NCBI GenBank assembly: GCA_030390025.1
Contig: CM059432.1
Location: forward strand, 96,846,001-96,910,000
Direction: 5' to 3'
Origin: Squalus acanthias
Taxonomy: Eukaryota
DNA: 64,000 nt
Shown here in pieces: positions 1-12,977 of the stretch. Every line of letters begins with the position of its first letter. The stretch's first letter is position 1. The notes beneath the pieces were generated by a model. It worked only from the letters and a program-made list of their open reading frames with translations, was not told the DNA's origin and ran no database searches. The position numbers and the translations under genes are program-made.

Positions 1-232
1 GAGATAGGAAGGGGCGAGGCCATAGAGGGATTTGAAAACAAGGATGAGAATTTTGAAATCAAGGTGCTGCTTAACCGGGAGCCAATGTAGGTCAGTGAGC
101 ACAGGGGGGATGGGCGAACGGGACTTGGTGTGAGTTAGGACAAGGGCAGCCGAATTTTGGATGACCTCAAGTTTATATAGGGTGGAATGTGGGAGGCCAG
201 CCAGGAGTGCATTGGAATAGTCAAGTCTAGAG
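1..232 (-). mobile_element. L2-clade LINE fragment (RT C-terminal region), runs off window edge
   Basis: Colinear with the L2 copy at ~10095-10325 (GGATTTGAAAA..GGAGCCAATGTAGGTCAG..GGAATAGTCAAGTCT), whose minus strand encodes VTSRLDYSNALLAGLP...LHWLPV. Confidence 0.85.
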
Positions 233-2020
233 TTACAGCCTGCCAACCCGAAAATGACCCATTTATTCCTACTCTCTGTTTTCCGTCCATTAACCAATCC
301 TCAATCCATGCTAGTATATTACCCCCAATCCCACGAGCCCTCATTTTGTTTAATAACCTCTTGTGTTGCACCTTATCGAATGCCTTCTGAAAATCCAAGT
401 ACACCACATCCACTGGTTCCCCTTTATCTATTCTGTTAGTTACAACCTCAAAAACCTCTAACAGATTTGTCAAACATGATTTCCCTTTCATAAATCCGAG
501 TTGACTCAGCCCAATCCTATTATTATTTTCTAAGTGCCCTGTTACCACGTGCTTAATAATAGATTCTAGCATTTTCCCTACTACTGATGCCAGGCGAACT
601 GGTCTGTAGTTCCCTGTTTTCTCCCTCCTTTTTTAATAGTGGGGTTTCATTTGCTACCTTCCAATCTGCGGGAACCGTTCCAGACTCTCTGGAATTTTGG
701 AAATTGACAACCAATGCATCCACTATCTCTGTAGCCACCTCTTTCAAAACCCTAGGATTTAGGCCATCAGGTCATGGGGATTTATCGGCTTTCAGTTCCA
801 TTAATTTCTCCAGTACTATTTTTTTACTAATACTAATTTCTTTCAGTTCCTCATTCTCGCTAGACCCTTGGTTCTCCACTATTTCTGGGAAGTTGTTTGC
901 GTCTTCTTCCGTGAAGACAGACACAAAGTATTTGTTTAATTTCTCTGCCATTTCCTTATTCCTCATTATAACTTCTCCTGTCTCAGCCTGTAAGGGACCC
1001 ACATTTACTTTCGCTAATCTTTTCCTTTTTACATACCTATAGAAGCTTTTACAGTCTGTTTTTATGTCTCTCGCTAGTTTACTCTCATATTCTATTTTCC
1101 CTTTCTTTATCAATTTCTTGGTCCTCCTTTGCTGAATTCTGAAATCCTCCCAATCCTCAGACGTACTACTCTTTTTGGCAAAATTATAAGCCTCTTCCTT
1201 TGATCTAATAATATCTTTAACTTGTTAGCCACGGTTGGACCACTTTTTCTGTGGGGTTTTTGTGCCTTCATGAATGTATATTTGTTGTAAATTATGTATT
1301 AATTCTTTAAATGCTAGCCATTGCTTGTCTAAAATCATATCTTTTAATGTAGTTTCCCAATCTACCATAGCCAACTCATACCGATGTAGTTTGCTTCGTT
1401 TAGATTTAAGACCCTAGTTTCGGATTTAACTAAATCAATTTCAAACTCAATATAAAATTCTATCATATTATGGTCACTCTTCCTTACTACAAGGTTATTA
1501 ATTAACCCTTTCTCATTGCACAATACTAGATCTAAAATAGCCTGTTCCCTAGTTGGTTCCTCAACATACTGATCTAGAAAACTACATTGCATACATTCCA
1601 TGAATTCGTGCTCCACACTATTACTGCAAATTTGTTTTGCCCAGTCTATATGTAGATTAAATTCCCCCATGATCACTGTATTACCCTTGTAACATGCACC
1701 TCTAACTTCCTGATTTATACTCTGCCCTACATTACAACTATTATTTGGGGGCCTATAAACAACTGCCCCAATGTTTTCTGCCCCTTGCTCCACCCAAACT
1801 GATTCTACTTCTTGATTTTCAGAGCTAAGATCCTTTCTCTTTACTGTCTTTATCCCATCCTTTATTATCAGGGCTACCGCTCCTCCTTTTCCATTTTGCC
1901 TATCACTTCTAAAAGTTAAGTATCCTGGAATATTTAGTTCCCAACCTTGGCCACTTTGCAACCACGTCTCCGTAATGGCTATTAGATCAAACCTATTAAT
2001 TTCTATCTGTGCTATTAATT

Positions 2021-2887
2021 AATATCGACTGTAACAGGACATTGAAAGGCTAGCAGAATAGGCAGACAAGTGGCAGATGGAATTAAATACAGAGAAGTCT
2101 GAGGTGATGCATTTTGGCAGAAGGAACAGGGAGAGGCAATATACACTTAATGGCAGAGTCTTAAAGGGTGTTCAGGGACAGAGGGACCTGGGAGTTAATG
2201 TGCATAGGTCCCTGAAGGTGGCAGGACATATTGAGAGAGTGGTTACCAAAGCATATGGGATCTTGGGCTTCATAAATAGAGGTATTGAGTAGAGAAGTTA
2301 TGCTGAATCTTTATAAAGCGCTGGTTAGGCCACAACTGGATTATTGCATCCAGTTCTGGTCACCACACTTTAGGAAGGATGTGAAGGCACTTGAGAGGGT
2401 GCAGAGGAGATTTACCAGAATGGTTCTGGGGATGGGGGATCTTAGTTGCAAGGACAGGTTGGAGAAGCTGGATTTGTTTTCATTAGAGCAAAGGAGGTTG
2501 AGAGGTGATTTGATAGAGGTGCACAAGATTATGACGGATTTCGATAGGCTAGATGGGGAAAGGCTGTTCACATTAGTTGATGGTACAAGGATTAAGGGAC
2601 ACAGATTTAAAGTTTTGGGCGAGAGGTACAGGGGGGATGTGAGGAAGAACTTTTTTACGCAGCGAGTGGTGAGGACCTGGAACCTGTTGCCGAGGGAAGT
2701 GGTGGAAGCGGACACACTCAATGTTTTCAAGGGGAGACTGGATAGGCACTTGAGCGAAATAAACTTGCAGGGCTACGGGGATAGAGCGGGGAATGGGACT
2801 GACTGGATCGCTCCGCAGAGAGCCGACATGGACTCGATGGGCCAAATGGCCTCCTTCTGTGCCGTTATAACTCTATGACTCTCTGAC
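2021..2887 (+). mobile_element. 5'-truncated CR1 LINE inserted into the APE region of the CR1 above
   Basis: LYKALVRPQLDYCIQFWSP...FFTQRVV peptide and CTATGACT-type tail. TAATT is duplicated at 2016-2020 and 2888-2892; removing the insert restores IRNKIDELIAQIE in the host. Confidence 0.92.
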
Positions 2888-3132
2888 TAATTCATCAATT
2901 TTGTTGCGAATGCTTCGCACATTCAGATATAGTACCTTTAGCTTTGTCTAATTTCTATTTTTCCCTGATGTCAACTTAATCACTGATGCCTTATTACCTT
3001 TGTTACTCTCTCTGTCCCTTCCTGACCCACTCTGCTTATTTTTACCCATAACTCTACTCTGCTCTAGAGCCTTGACTTTTCTCTCACTGCTTTTAAATTT
3101 ACTCTTTCCTGAATCCTCCCACTCCCCCTTCA

Positions 3133-4979
3133 TTAGTTTAAAGCCCTGTCTACTGTCCTAGTTATTCGGTTCAGCAGGACACTGGTCCCAGCCCGGTTTA
3201 AATGCAGCCCGTCCTGACGGAACAACTCCCTCTTTCCCCAGTACTGGTACCAGTGCCCCATGAACTGAAACCCCTTCCTCCCACACCACTCTTTGAGCCA
3301 CGCATTTAAACCTCTAATCTGTTTGTCTCTATGCCAATTTGCGTGAGGCTCAGGTAACAATCCAGAGATTATTACCTTTGAGGTTTTCATTTTTAATTTG
3401 GATCTTAGCTCTTCAAACTCCCTCAGCAGAATCTCATTACTAGTTCTTCCTATGTCGTTGGTTCCTACGTGGACCACGACAACTGGCTCCTCCCCTTCCC
3501 ACTCCAAGTTCTTCTCCAGCCGCGAGGAGCTGTCTTTAACCCTGGCACGGCAACACAACCTTCGGAACTCTCGGTCGAGGCTGTAGCAAAGAGTATCTAT
3601 CCCCCTGACTATACTGTCCCCTACCACAACTACATTCCCTTTCACTCCCCCCACTTGAATGGCCTCCTGCACCATGGTGCCATGGTCAGCCTGCTCATCC
3701 ATTCTGCAGGTTTTTCTCTCATCCACACAGGCAGCAAGAACCTCATACCTGTTGGAGAAGGGCAAAGTCTGAGGCTCCTCCAGTACTGCACCTGGGGTCC
3801 CCTTACCTGCCTGAGTTGCAGTCACACCCTCCTGTCCCTGACCACTAACCAGACCTGTACCACTACCTAACCTAAGGGGTGTGACTGCCTCCTGGATCAA
3901 AGGGGGAGAAATTCAGTCTCGCCCCATTTGGGGCGCAATTATCGGCCGGGCGCAAAGATTAGCATCTGGCGCTAATTATCGCCACCGACAGCAAACTTGA
4001 CTTTTATCGCCCCTGGAGGTGATTGGAGCGCTAAATCAAGCGCTTCACACCTGTCTTAAGGCACAAAGGCCGAGGAGCAAGGCGCTACCTCAGAGCGCTG
4101 GCGAAGCTCATGTGATGTCAGTCAGCAATGGAACACACACACAATGGCACGGGCCAGTTCTTAAAGGGGATGGTTGATCTTGCTTTCCATCCACATCCTG
4201 CTCATTGCAGCTTTGAATCTCGGCCTGGAGAGACCTGCACATCAAATCTGCTGGAAAGAACAATGGAGAGTACCAGGGAAAGAGCTCAGAGTGCAGCCCC
4301 CACACTCTCTTCTAAATTGAGACAAGGAAGGGCAAATCAAAATGAACCTGCAAAGTGCTGCTCAGTACCCAAAACACCTTCACACAGCGTTGAATCTCTG
4401 CAGAAGTCTCTCTCTCTCTCAGAATGTGTGGTTCAAAAATGGTATCAACAATAAAAGGCAGGAAGCGGTCGCCTTTAAATAGCACTCCCCCAGTCCCTTC
4501 ATGACTGCAAAACGCTCCCCTCAACCTGTCGTTGCTAGCGTCAGGCGGTAAGGCAGGGGGCGCCACTCAATATCCACTCCGGGACGATACCGGGGCGTTG
4601 CGCACTCGACTGACGTCACGATCTGCCGGCGCAGGAGATCGTGGCGGTAGTGCTTAGCGCCACCGCAAAATGTCTAGTTAATTTCGCGAGCGGCGCAAAC
4701 ATCGCGGCGCCTGGGCGCTAGATGCTTTGCGCCCCATTAGCGCCCTCTTAAGGCGCTAATGGGAGGCGCAACCAACTGAATTTTTCCCCCAAAGTGTCCA
4801 GGTAACTCTTCCCCATCCCTGATGCCCCGTAATGTCTGCACCTCAGACTCCAGCTCAAAATCTCTGAGCTGAAGTTCCTCAAGATGCAGGCACTTACTAC
4901 AAACGTGGTTGTCTGGGATCACAATGCTCTCCACAAATTCCCACATGCTGCAGTTGCAGCACACCACTTGCACTACCAT
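3133..4979 (-). pseudogene. CR1 ORF1 (zinc-finger/leucine-zipper + SGNH esterase), split by a Harbinger derivative and frameshifted
   Basis: CCNC...CSKC N-terminus and esterase motifs. After removing 3902-4793 the two halves are one base out of frame. Confidence 0.85.
3902..4790. mobile_element. Non-autonomous PIF/Harbinger element (internal-deletion relative of the 37496-41967 family)
   Basis: TIRs GGGGGAGAAATTCAGT / ACTGAATTTTTCCCCC; AAA duplicated at 3899-3901 and 4791-4793. Both ends align with the ends of 37496-41967. Confidence 0.92.
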
Positions 4980-5964
4980 CCCGATATGACCTTGTTTTAT
5001 TTAATTAAATTTGTACTTAGGTAACTTAGTTTACAGTGTAGTTTCTTGACTACTTACTTGATCTAGATTAAGCTAAGGGTACTGAAATTAAATATCTACC
5101 TGTAACACAAAGCACTACAAGTAGTGTAGGCAAAAAGCAGCAATTCCTTCCCCCTTTTCCCCAAATTCCCAAATAAAGCACTCTGTTCAAGTCCACTCCG
5201 TTTAATCCTGCTCTGTGCTAATGCAGGTACTTTAATATAGCGAAAACCATTATGTATTGGTGTAAAAGTGGTAATATAACTAGCTTGACTGTGCTTCCCT
5301 GCTGTGGCAAAGCTAAGATTAAGAAGTTAGCATACAGAGGAATCATGGGCATGATCTGTGTCCCGCAACTCCATAGTATAATGTGTTGGTACTTCAGATC
5401 ACTATGCTTCCATTGTGCGGTTTAATCTAGAGAACATCGGTAAGGTAGGAATCACCTTTAGTACTTTGAAATTATTACAAATAAATTCATATTGGATATT
5501 TGCTTCTGCAAAGACAGAGCAGTATTTATTAGTGCTGGGAATGGGGCTGAGTCATTAGTAGATCATGTTGCTAGGCTACGAATAGTACTGAGTCAAAAAT
5601 TCAATGCTGTTCAGCTCATTTCTGTACAAAGTACCACATGTTGCTGTATAAAGCTGATATTATCCAGCAGTTCATAGGGTTACTTTCATTGCACAACATT
5701 AGTTCTGTAAATGGGAGATACAGTTAAGAAAGGAACCCGTGATGTTTGGATCTGCAATGTTTTGATAGAGTATCTATATCTTGAAAGAACCATGGTAATA
5801 ATATTTCTATGGTAACATGAATCTTGCCAATGCAAAGTTGCTGAATTTCCACATGGTGTCAGTAGAAGCACATAGTATTGCGCTCATTTTCAATGCTCAT
5901 TTTCCTTTTATTATGATTTCTTACCTTCGCTTTCAAAATCAGACTACGTACTTTAATTTTTTTT

Positions 5965-6226
5965 TCATCGGTTTTCTCCTTCCCCTCATCTTCTGAAAGC
6001 TGGGGTGCAGTTCCGAGAAGTCATTATTCATGTGTGACCACAGAGAGCTTCCAAGCTGAGCCTAATCCTATCCCCTTCTGACATCAATGCATGCATACTT
6101 CCAGCAGGGATCCATAGATTGCAATCAGGAGTGGGAAATCTGAACTAATTTCTTTCCCTAATCTGGCACACTAAAGGTAATTAGCAATTAGCAACCTCAG
6201 CATAAATCAAAGGATGAAACATGGGG
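5965..6226 (-). mobile_element. Old SINE-like interspersed repeat fragment
   Basis: Loose similarity to 63858-63965 (AATCAGGA..GGAA..CTGA..TT..TCCCTAA). Family not identified. Confidence 0.35.
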
Positions 6227-6233
6227 TTTTGTT

Positions 6234-9200
6234 GGCTTGGAATTTCCTGGAAACTTGGCGCATCAATGGTGTATGACATTTTTCCAGTGTAGAAGATCCA
6301 GGAAACAATGGTGTAAGTGAGTTATGCTATTAGTCACGTTGCGCCATAATTTGCTGAGACTTTTGTGCCACTTAGAATCATAGAATAGTTACAGCACGGA
6401 AGAAGGCCATTTGGCCCGTTGAGCCCGTGCCGGCTCTTTGCAAGAGCGCTTCAGCTAGTCCCACTCCCCCGTGCTTTCCCCATAGCCCTGCAAATTTCTT
6501 TCTACCAAAATGTATCACTTCACACTTTTCTGTGTTAAATTTCATCTGCCACGTGTCCACCCATTTCACCAGCCTGCCTATGTCTTCCTGAAGTCTATCA
6601 CTCTCCTCCTCACTGTTCACTATACTTCCAATTTTTGTGTCCTCTGCAAATTTTGAAATTGTGCCTGTACACCCAAGTCCAAGTCATTAATATATATCAA
6701 GAAAAGCAGTGGTCCTAGAGCCGACCCCTGGGGAACACACTAACGCAGGTGTCCTAAGGCGAGCTCAAGGAGAACAATCCTCCAGTCTGAACAACATCCA
6801 TTCACCACTACCCTCTGTTTCCTGTCACTTAGCCAATTCCGTAACCATGCTGCCACTCTCCCTTTTATTCCTTGGGCTTCAACTTTGCTCGCAAGCCCAT
6901 TATGTGGCACTTTGTTGAACGCCTTTTGAAAATCCATGTAAACTACGTCAACTGCATTACCCTCATCAACCCTCTCTGTTACCTCATCAAAGAACTCAAT
7001 CAAGTTAGTTAAACACGATTTGCCTTTAACAAATCTGTGCTCGCTTTCCTTAATTAATCCACACATGTCTACGTGACTGTTAATATTGTCCCTGATTACT
7101 GTTTCTAAAAGCTTCCCCACTACCGAGGTCAAACTATCTGGCCTGCAGTTGCTGGGTTTATCTTTACACCCTTTTTTGAACAATGGTGTAACATTTGCAA
7201 TTCTCCAGTCCTCTGGCACCACCCCTGTTTCTAAGGAGGATTGGAATATTATGACCAGTACCGCCGCGATTTCCTCCCTCAATTCCATCAGCATCCTAGG
7301 ATGCATCCCATCTGCTCCTGGGGACTTATCTACTTTAAGTACAGCCAGCCTTTCTAATACCTCCTCTATCAATTTTTGTAGTATCAAGTATCTCCACTAT
7401 CTCCTCCTTTACTATGTCTATGGCAGCATCCTCTTCCTTGGTGAAGACAGATGCAAAGTACTCGTTTAGTACCTCAGCCATACCCTCTGCTTCCATGCGT
7501 AGGTCTCCTTTTTGGTCCCTAATCAGCCCCACCCCTCCTCTTACTATCCTTTTACTATTTATATGCCTATAAAAGACTTTTGGATTAACTTTTATATTAG
7601 CTGCCATTCTATTCTCAGACCCTCTCTTTGCCCCTCTTATTTTCTTTTTCACTTCTCCTCTGACCTTTCAATATATAGCCTGATTCTCAAATGTATTTGC
7701 AACCTGACATCTGTCATACGTGCTCTTTTTCTGCTTCATCATATTCTCTATCTCTTTTGTCATCCAGAGAGCCCTGACTTTAGTTGCCCTGCCTTTCCCC
7801 CTAGTGGGAATGTATCTCAACTCTACCTGAACTATTTCCTCTTTAAAGGCAGCCCATTGTTCCATTACAGTTTTACCTACCAATCTTTGATTCCAGTTTA
7901 CCTGGGCCAGATCCGTTCTCATCCCACTGAAATTGGCCTTCCCCCAGTTAAATATTTTTACTTTAGATTGCTCCCTGTCCTTTTCCATAGCTGATCTAAA
8001 CCTTATGATACTATGATCAATGTGCCCTAACTGTTCACCTACTGACACTTGCTCCACTTGACCTACCTCATTCCCCAGAACCATATCCAGCAATGCCTCC
8101 TCCCTCATCTGGCTGGAAACATACTGATCAAGAAAGTTCTCCTGAACACACTTCAGAAATTCTTCCCCTTCTCTGCCCTGAACACTATTACTATCCCAGT
8201 CTATATTAGGATAGTTAAAGTCCCCCATTATTACTACTCTATAGTTCTTGCACCTCTCTGTAATTTCTCTGCAAATTTGCTCCTCCATATGTTTCCCACT
8301 ATTTGGTGGTCTATAGAATACACCTAGTAGTGTAATGGCACCTCTAATATTTCTTAACTCTAGCCATATAGATTCTGTCCTTGACCCCTCCAGGACATCC
8401 TCCCTCTCCAGCACTTCTCCAATACCCTCACCGAAACCAAGAAAAGTTCATATCATAGCTCCGCCCACCATTACAGTCAATGGCGCTTACGATTTTCCTG
8501 GATTTATGCCTGCTTTCTTGCTGCAGCCACTTAGACTGAAAAATATTGGTGCAGGTGACCTGGTATTGACGTGATTCATGGCCTTTGCATGACTCTCAGT
8601 CTGGGAGGACAACAAAAGGACCATTAAAGCTGCAGTCTGGAAAATGTTCTCAGATTCTCTCAGTTTTCACAGTATTGCCAGTTTTGCCATCCAGAATCCT
8701 GAGTGTCTGAAGGCAATACTTTCAGGACCCCCATGTGTTAAGAGGGTGAAAGGATTGCAGTGGACTATCCACTTGCATTCCCCTGCTCTTGATTATCATG
8801 AACGACCTGGAAGAGTGGCAGATGGAGGAATAATGGCGCATGAGGGAGCGTGGGCGGAGACTGCACCAAACTTGTTACATCTCCCCCCACCCTCTCCAGA
8901 GAGTGTAGGAGAGCAAATGTCATTTGAGGTGCTGTTGGAGGAATTGTGCTTGCGCAGCCTGCGCTTCACCAAGGAAGCAATTGGCTAACTTTGCGAAATG
9001 TTGCAGGAAGACCTGAAGCTATGGTTTATCTCTCGCAAGGCCGTGACAGTGGGAATGAAGGTAATGATGGCCCTCGATTTGGAAGGATCTGGTTTCTTCC
9101 AGTCAGGCACTGTGTAACATCAGCTAAGGAGCTGTGAGGATCTGCATTCAACAGGTGACAGATGCTATCTTCCGCAGGGACATTAAACTTCATTAATTAC

Positions 9201-9620
9201 AGCCGGTCCTGTATTTGCTCTACCTCATTGTAAAGGGCCCACAGGTCTTCAACTCCGAAGATCCTGGTCCTTTTCTTCACCTCTTCCTGCAACATATGTG
9301 TGGAAAAGGGGATGTACAGAAAGTGGAAATTGCTATTTACAGTGTTTTACAACAATGTTTTTCAACCAAAATTAACAGTTTAAAATTGATTTAAGGTGAT
9401 TTCATAACAGACAGCTCACGTACCTCCCCTCTGCCAATCCTCACTCTGAGTTACGGTACCTGTTCCTTGCTTTTTATGTGCTATATGATGGGTCTGTAGG
9501 GTAAGACATTGGCTGCACCACAAATGAGGTCTCTGATCCGTCACTGAACTCGTTATGCCATTGTCAAATCAATTTTCCAGCAAATTTTGCCGTAAGTGTA
9601 ATGCAAGATCGGAGCGTGCA
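6234..9620. mobile_element. Degraded Harbinger element (transposase remnant on +, probable Myb remnant on -), interrupted by a CR1
   Basis: TIR-like GGCTTGGAATTTC at 6234. 8880-9190 encodes EELCLRSLRFTKEAI..LCEMLQEDL..AVTVGMKVMMAL..GFFQ, the HARBI1-like N-terminus. Right boundary uncertain. Confidence 0.6.
6374..8411 (-). mobile_element. 5'-truncated CR1 LINE with an internal deletion of the RT C-terminus
   Basis: APE (7668-8414) and RT (6740-7387) peptides; ATTCTATG-type tail at 6374; CACTT at 6369-6373 and 8412-8416. Confidence 0.9.
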
Positions 9621-11158
9621 GCTTCTTGATTCATGGCAATACTTAAAACAAATCAAAATGTAGTGGATTCTTGCTGGCACTAATTTTGTTGGAGTAACTC
9701 AATTACTAAAGGTTAGTGAAATATTTGAAATAACTGCTGCCCTAAATAACAACAACAACTTGTATTTATATAGCGCTTTTAACGTAGTAAAACATCCCAA
9801 GGCGCATGACTGGAGTATTATAGAACAAACAATTTGTCACCGAGTCACATAAGGAGAAATTAGGTCAGGTGACCAAAAGCTTGGTCAAAGAGATAGATTT
9901 TAAGGAACGTCTTAAAGGAGGAAAGAGAGGTAGAGAGGCGGAAAGGTTTAGGAAGGGAATTCCAGAGCTTAGGGCCTAGGCAACAGAAGGCACGGCCACC
10001 AAAGGTTGAGCGATTATAATCAGGGATGCGCAAGAGGGCAGAATTAGAGGAGCGCAGATATCTCAAGGGGTTGTGGGGCTGAAGGAGATTACAGAGATAG
10101 GGAGGGGCAAACCCATGGAGGGATTTGAAAATAAGGATGAGAATTTTGAAATCGAGGTGTTGCTTAACCGGGAGCCAATGTAGGTCAGCGAGCACAGGGG
10201 TGATAGGTGAATGGTACTTGGTGCAAGTTAGGACATGGGCAGGCAAGTTTTGGATCACCTCAAGTTTACGTAGGGTAGAACGTGGGAGGCCGGCCAGGAG
10301 TGCATTGGAATAGTCAAGTCTGGAGGTAACAAACAAAGACATGGATGAGGGTTTCAGCAGCAGATGAGATGAGACGGGTGGAGACGGGCGATGTTATGGA
10401 GGTGGAAATAGGCGGTCTTAGTTATGCCGCCGATATGTGGTCGGGAGCTCATTTCAGGGTCAAATATGACACCAAGGTTGCGAACAATGTGGTTCAGCAT
10501 CAGACAGATGCTAGGGAGAGGGATGGAGTCCGTGGCTAGGGAACGGAGTTTGTGGTGGGGACCGAAAACAATGGCTTTGGTCTTCCCAATATTTAAATGG
10601 AGAAAATTTCTGCTCATCCAGTACTGGATGTCAGACAAGCAGTCTGACAATTTACAGACCATGAAGGGGATGAGAGAAGTGGGTGGTGAGGTAGAGCTGG
10701 GTGTCGTCAGCGTACACGTGGAAACTGATGCTGTGTTTTCGGGTGATGTCGCCAAGGGGCAGCATGTAGATAAGAAATAGGAGGGGGCCAAGGATAGATC
10801 CTTGGGGGACACCAGAGGGAACGATGCAGGAGCGGGAAGAGAAGCCGTTGCAGGTGATTCTCTGGCTATGATTAGATAGATAAGAATGGAACCAGGCGAT
10901 TGAAATCCCACCCAGCTGGACGACGGTGGAGAGGCGTTGGAGAAAAATGGAGTGGTCAACCATGTAAAAGGCTGCAGACAAGTCGAGAAGGACGAGAAGG
11001 GATAGTTTACCTTTGTCACAGTCACAAAGGATGTCATTTGTGACTTTGATGAGAGCCGTTTCGGTACTGTGGCAAGGGCGGAAACCTGATTGGAGGGATT
11101 TAAACATGGAGTTCCGGGAAAGGTGGGCACAAGTTTGGGAGGTGACAACACACTCAAA

Positions 11159-12977
11159 GGGGGAGAAATTAGTGTTCACCAGCAAAGTTGCCGGTGTTAC
11201 CGGCAACTGCAGTTAATGGCAGTAGAAATGGCTGCAACGGTAACTGAGTCAAATTGGTCTGTGGTTCATGGAGATAGGTGGCGCAGTGCTCACCTTCCGT
11301 GCAACACCATGTTGCTGGAGGGATCCGGGACGAAGTTCCCGTCCAGGTCTGGTGTTGCAGCTTCCCACAGCCTCTGTGAGCGAAGCTGTGGAGCTCGCAA
11401 GGAATTGTGGGCAATGAAGAGGTCTGAGAATTAAAGGGGCCATGCACACTGTAGCAATACAAAATAAAATGCAGTGAATCAATACATTTTTCAGCCCTTT
11501 CTGCCTTTTGAAAAATATTCAACATTTAAAAATTTTCCAAATGTGAATATTCAGCTGTTAAAGCTGAATTACCTTCCTAACCTCAACAAATGGGGAAATT
11601 GCCTCAGCACTAACACAAATGGCTCAGCAAGCCAGGGAAGGGGCACTGAGGGTCTCACACGCAGCACTCCAGCTTTGTGCAGGGGGTCAACACTGCAAGA
11701 GCGGCCCTCTACCCACAGGGGCCAGCAGGCCCTCCAGAAAGAATGATGTGGGAGTACATCACTAAGGCCGTCACTGCCAGCAGTGTCACCCCACCACCTG
11801 GCTCCAGTGCCCAAAGAAGCTTCATGACCTCAAACCACTGGTCAAGGTCACTGAGTGCATCTTCAAAAGTCATCTCTTACCAACTGCACCACTAGCCTCA
11901 CACACTGCTCATTGCACGACCCCCCAATCACTCACCTACCAACAATCTGCACCTATGACGAGGCACATCTCCCATTCCTAGCATCACCTCATCCCCTTGG
12001 AGGAGACGGTGCAGGCCATTCTTGGCAGGAGCATGGTTGAGCCCTTGGCCAGCGGCGGGGCTGAAAGGATACAAGATGAGGGTATCTTCGTACACTATCC
12101 TCCTTCTGGCATGCACCTCTTGCTTTCCAGCCCTCCCATTAGCACAACTCCACCCTTGTGCCTTCCTCATTTCACACACCCAAGAAATGCAGCCAGCCCA
12201 GCCAGTGGGTCAACAAGAAGAGGCAGCCTGCCCAGCCAGTGGGACCGCAGGTGGATGTTTCCATCCTGGATATCCCGGCTACAAAGGGCTGTCTAGGATG
12301 CATCCTTCTGTATGATTCCAACTCTTTTGCTTCCTCCTCTTATGCGTCTTCCTCTTCCCTCTGCAAGCGGATGCTGTAAATGTGAAATGACAGCATAAAA
12401 TGCTGGAAATACTCAGTTGGTCAGGCAGCATGTCGACCTGAGATGTGAACTCTGTTTTTCTCTCCACGGATGTTGCGTGAGCTACTGAGTATTCGCAGCG
12501 TCTTCTCAAAGGCCATCATTTACCATCCGAGCCCTTACAAGCGTCAAGCAGCATTCCCTACACAGTTAAAAAAAAAATCATATCTATTGCAGCAAGCCAC
12601 CACTTCAATAAAATCAAAACAATCCAGTCCAAACGCTTAAATTCAAACTTACCCGAATGATGTGCATGTCCCTTGAAGAGCTGCAGACATCGCCACTGTC
12701 AGCCTGTTTGCACGCCAGGTTAACTTGGCATGCTTAGGACCCAGCGCTAGGGTTGAAGTTCGCGTTGGTGACGCTAAGAAGGCATTGCACAACAATTGAT
12801 GTAATCACGCCGTCTTTTTTTTTCCAGGGCGCTGCCAGTTACCGGCAGCGCAAAGTGGGAGGGCAATATGACGGCCGCCGCAGGACCCGCCACCAGCTGA
12901 CAAAAGTGCGGCGGCCGTCATTTTATCGCCATTTCATGGGGTTACGGAGTGTCGGTAAGGAGATGAATTTCTAACCC
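11159..12977 (+). mobile_element. Non-autonomous/degraded Harbinger with Myb-gene remnants
   Basis: Ends GGGGGAGAAATT / AATTTCTAACCC with flanking AAA and AAG; 11805-11850 resembles QCRKKFNDLT..VKV. Confidence 0.85.
12396..12506. mobile_element. Short palindromic Penelope pLTR remnant
   Basis: AAAATGCTGGAAATACTCAG..GGCAGCA followed by the opposite-orientation pLTR end, as in 14453-14677 and 59940-60030. Confidence 0.7.

Larger units (their letters stand above)
233..5220 (-). mobile_element. CR1 LINE: 5'UTR, ORF1 and degraded ORF2 (APE + N-terminal RT); 3'-truncated and interrupted by two insertions
   Basis: Minus-strand peptides: Cys-motif/leucine zipper (4791-4979), SGNH esterase GDSIVRG...HVGTNDIG...DGLHLN (3133-3900), APE motifs (1362-1961), RT motifs KGKSCLTNL/VDVVYLDFQKAFDKV (233-572). 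5' boundary approximate. Confidence 0.9.

Noticed and set aside
5398..5439. Possible 42-nt host micro-exon (AG...GTAAGG; DHYASIVRFNLENI)
   Set aside because: Weak polypyrimidine tract, no recognisable homology and no partner exons; needs RNA-seq.
9223..9290. Exon-like minus-strand segment EEVKKRTRIFGVEDLWALYNE
   Set aside because: Lies within a degraded Harbinger; weak donor; no support as a host exon.
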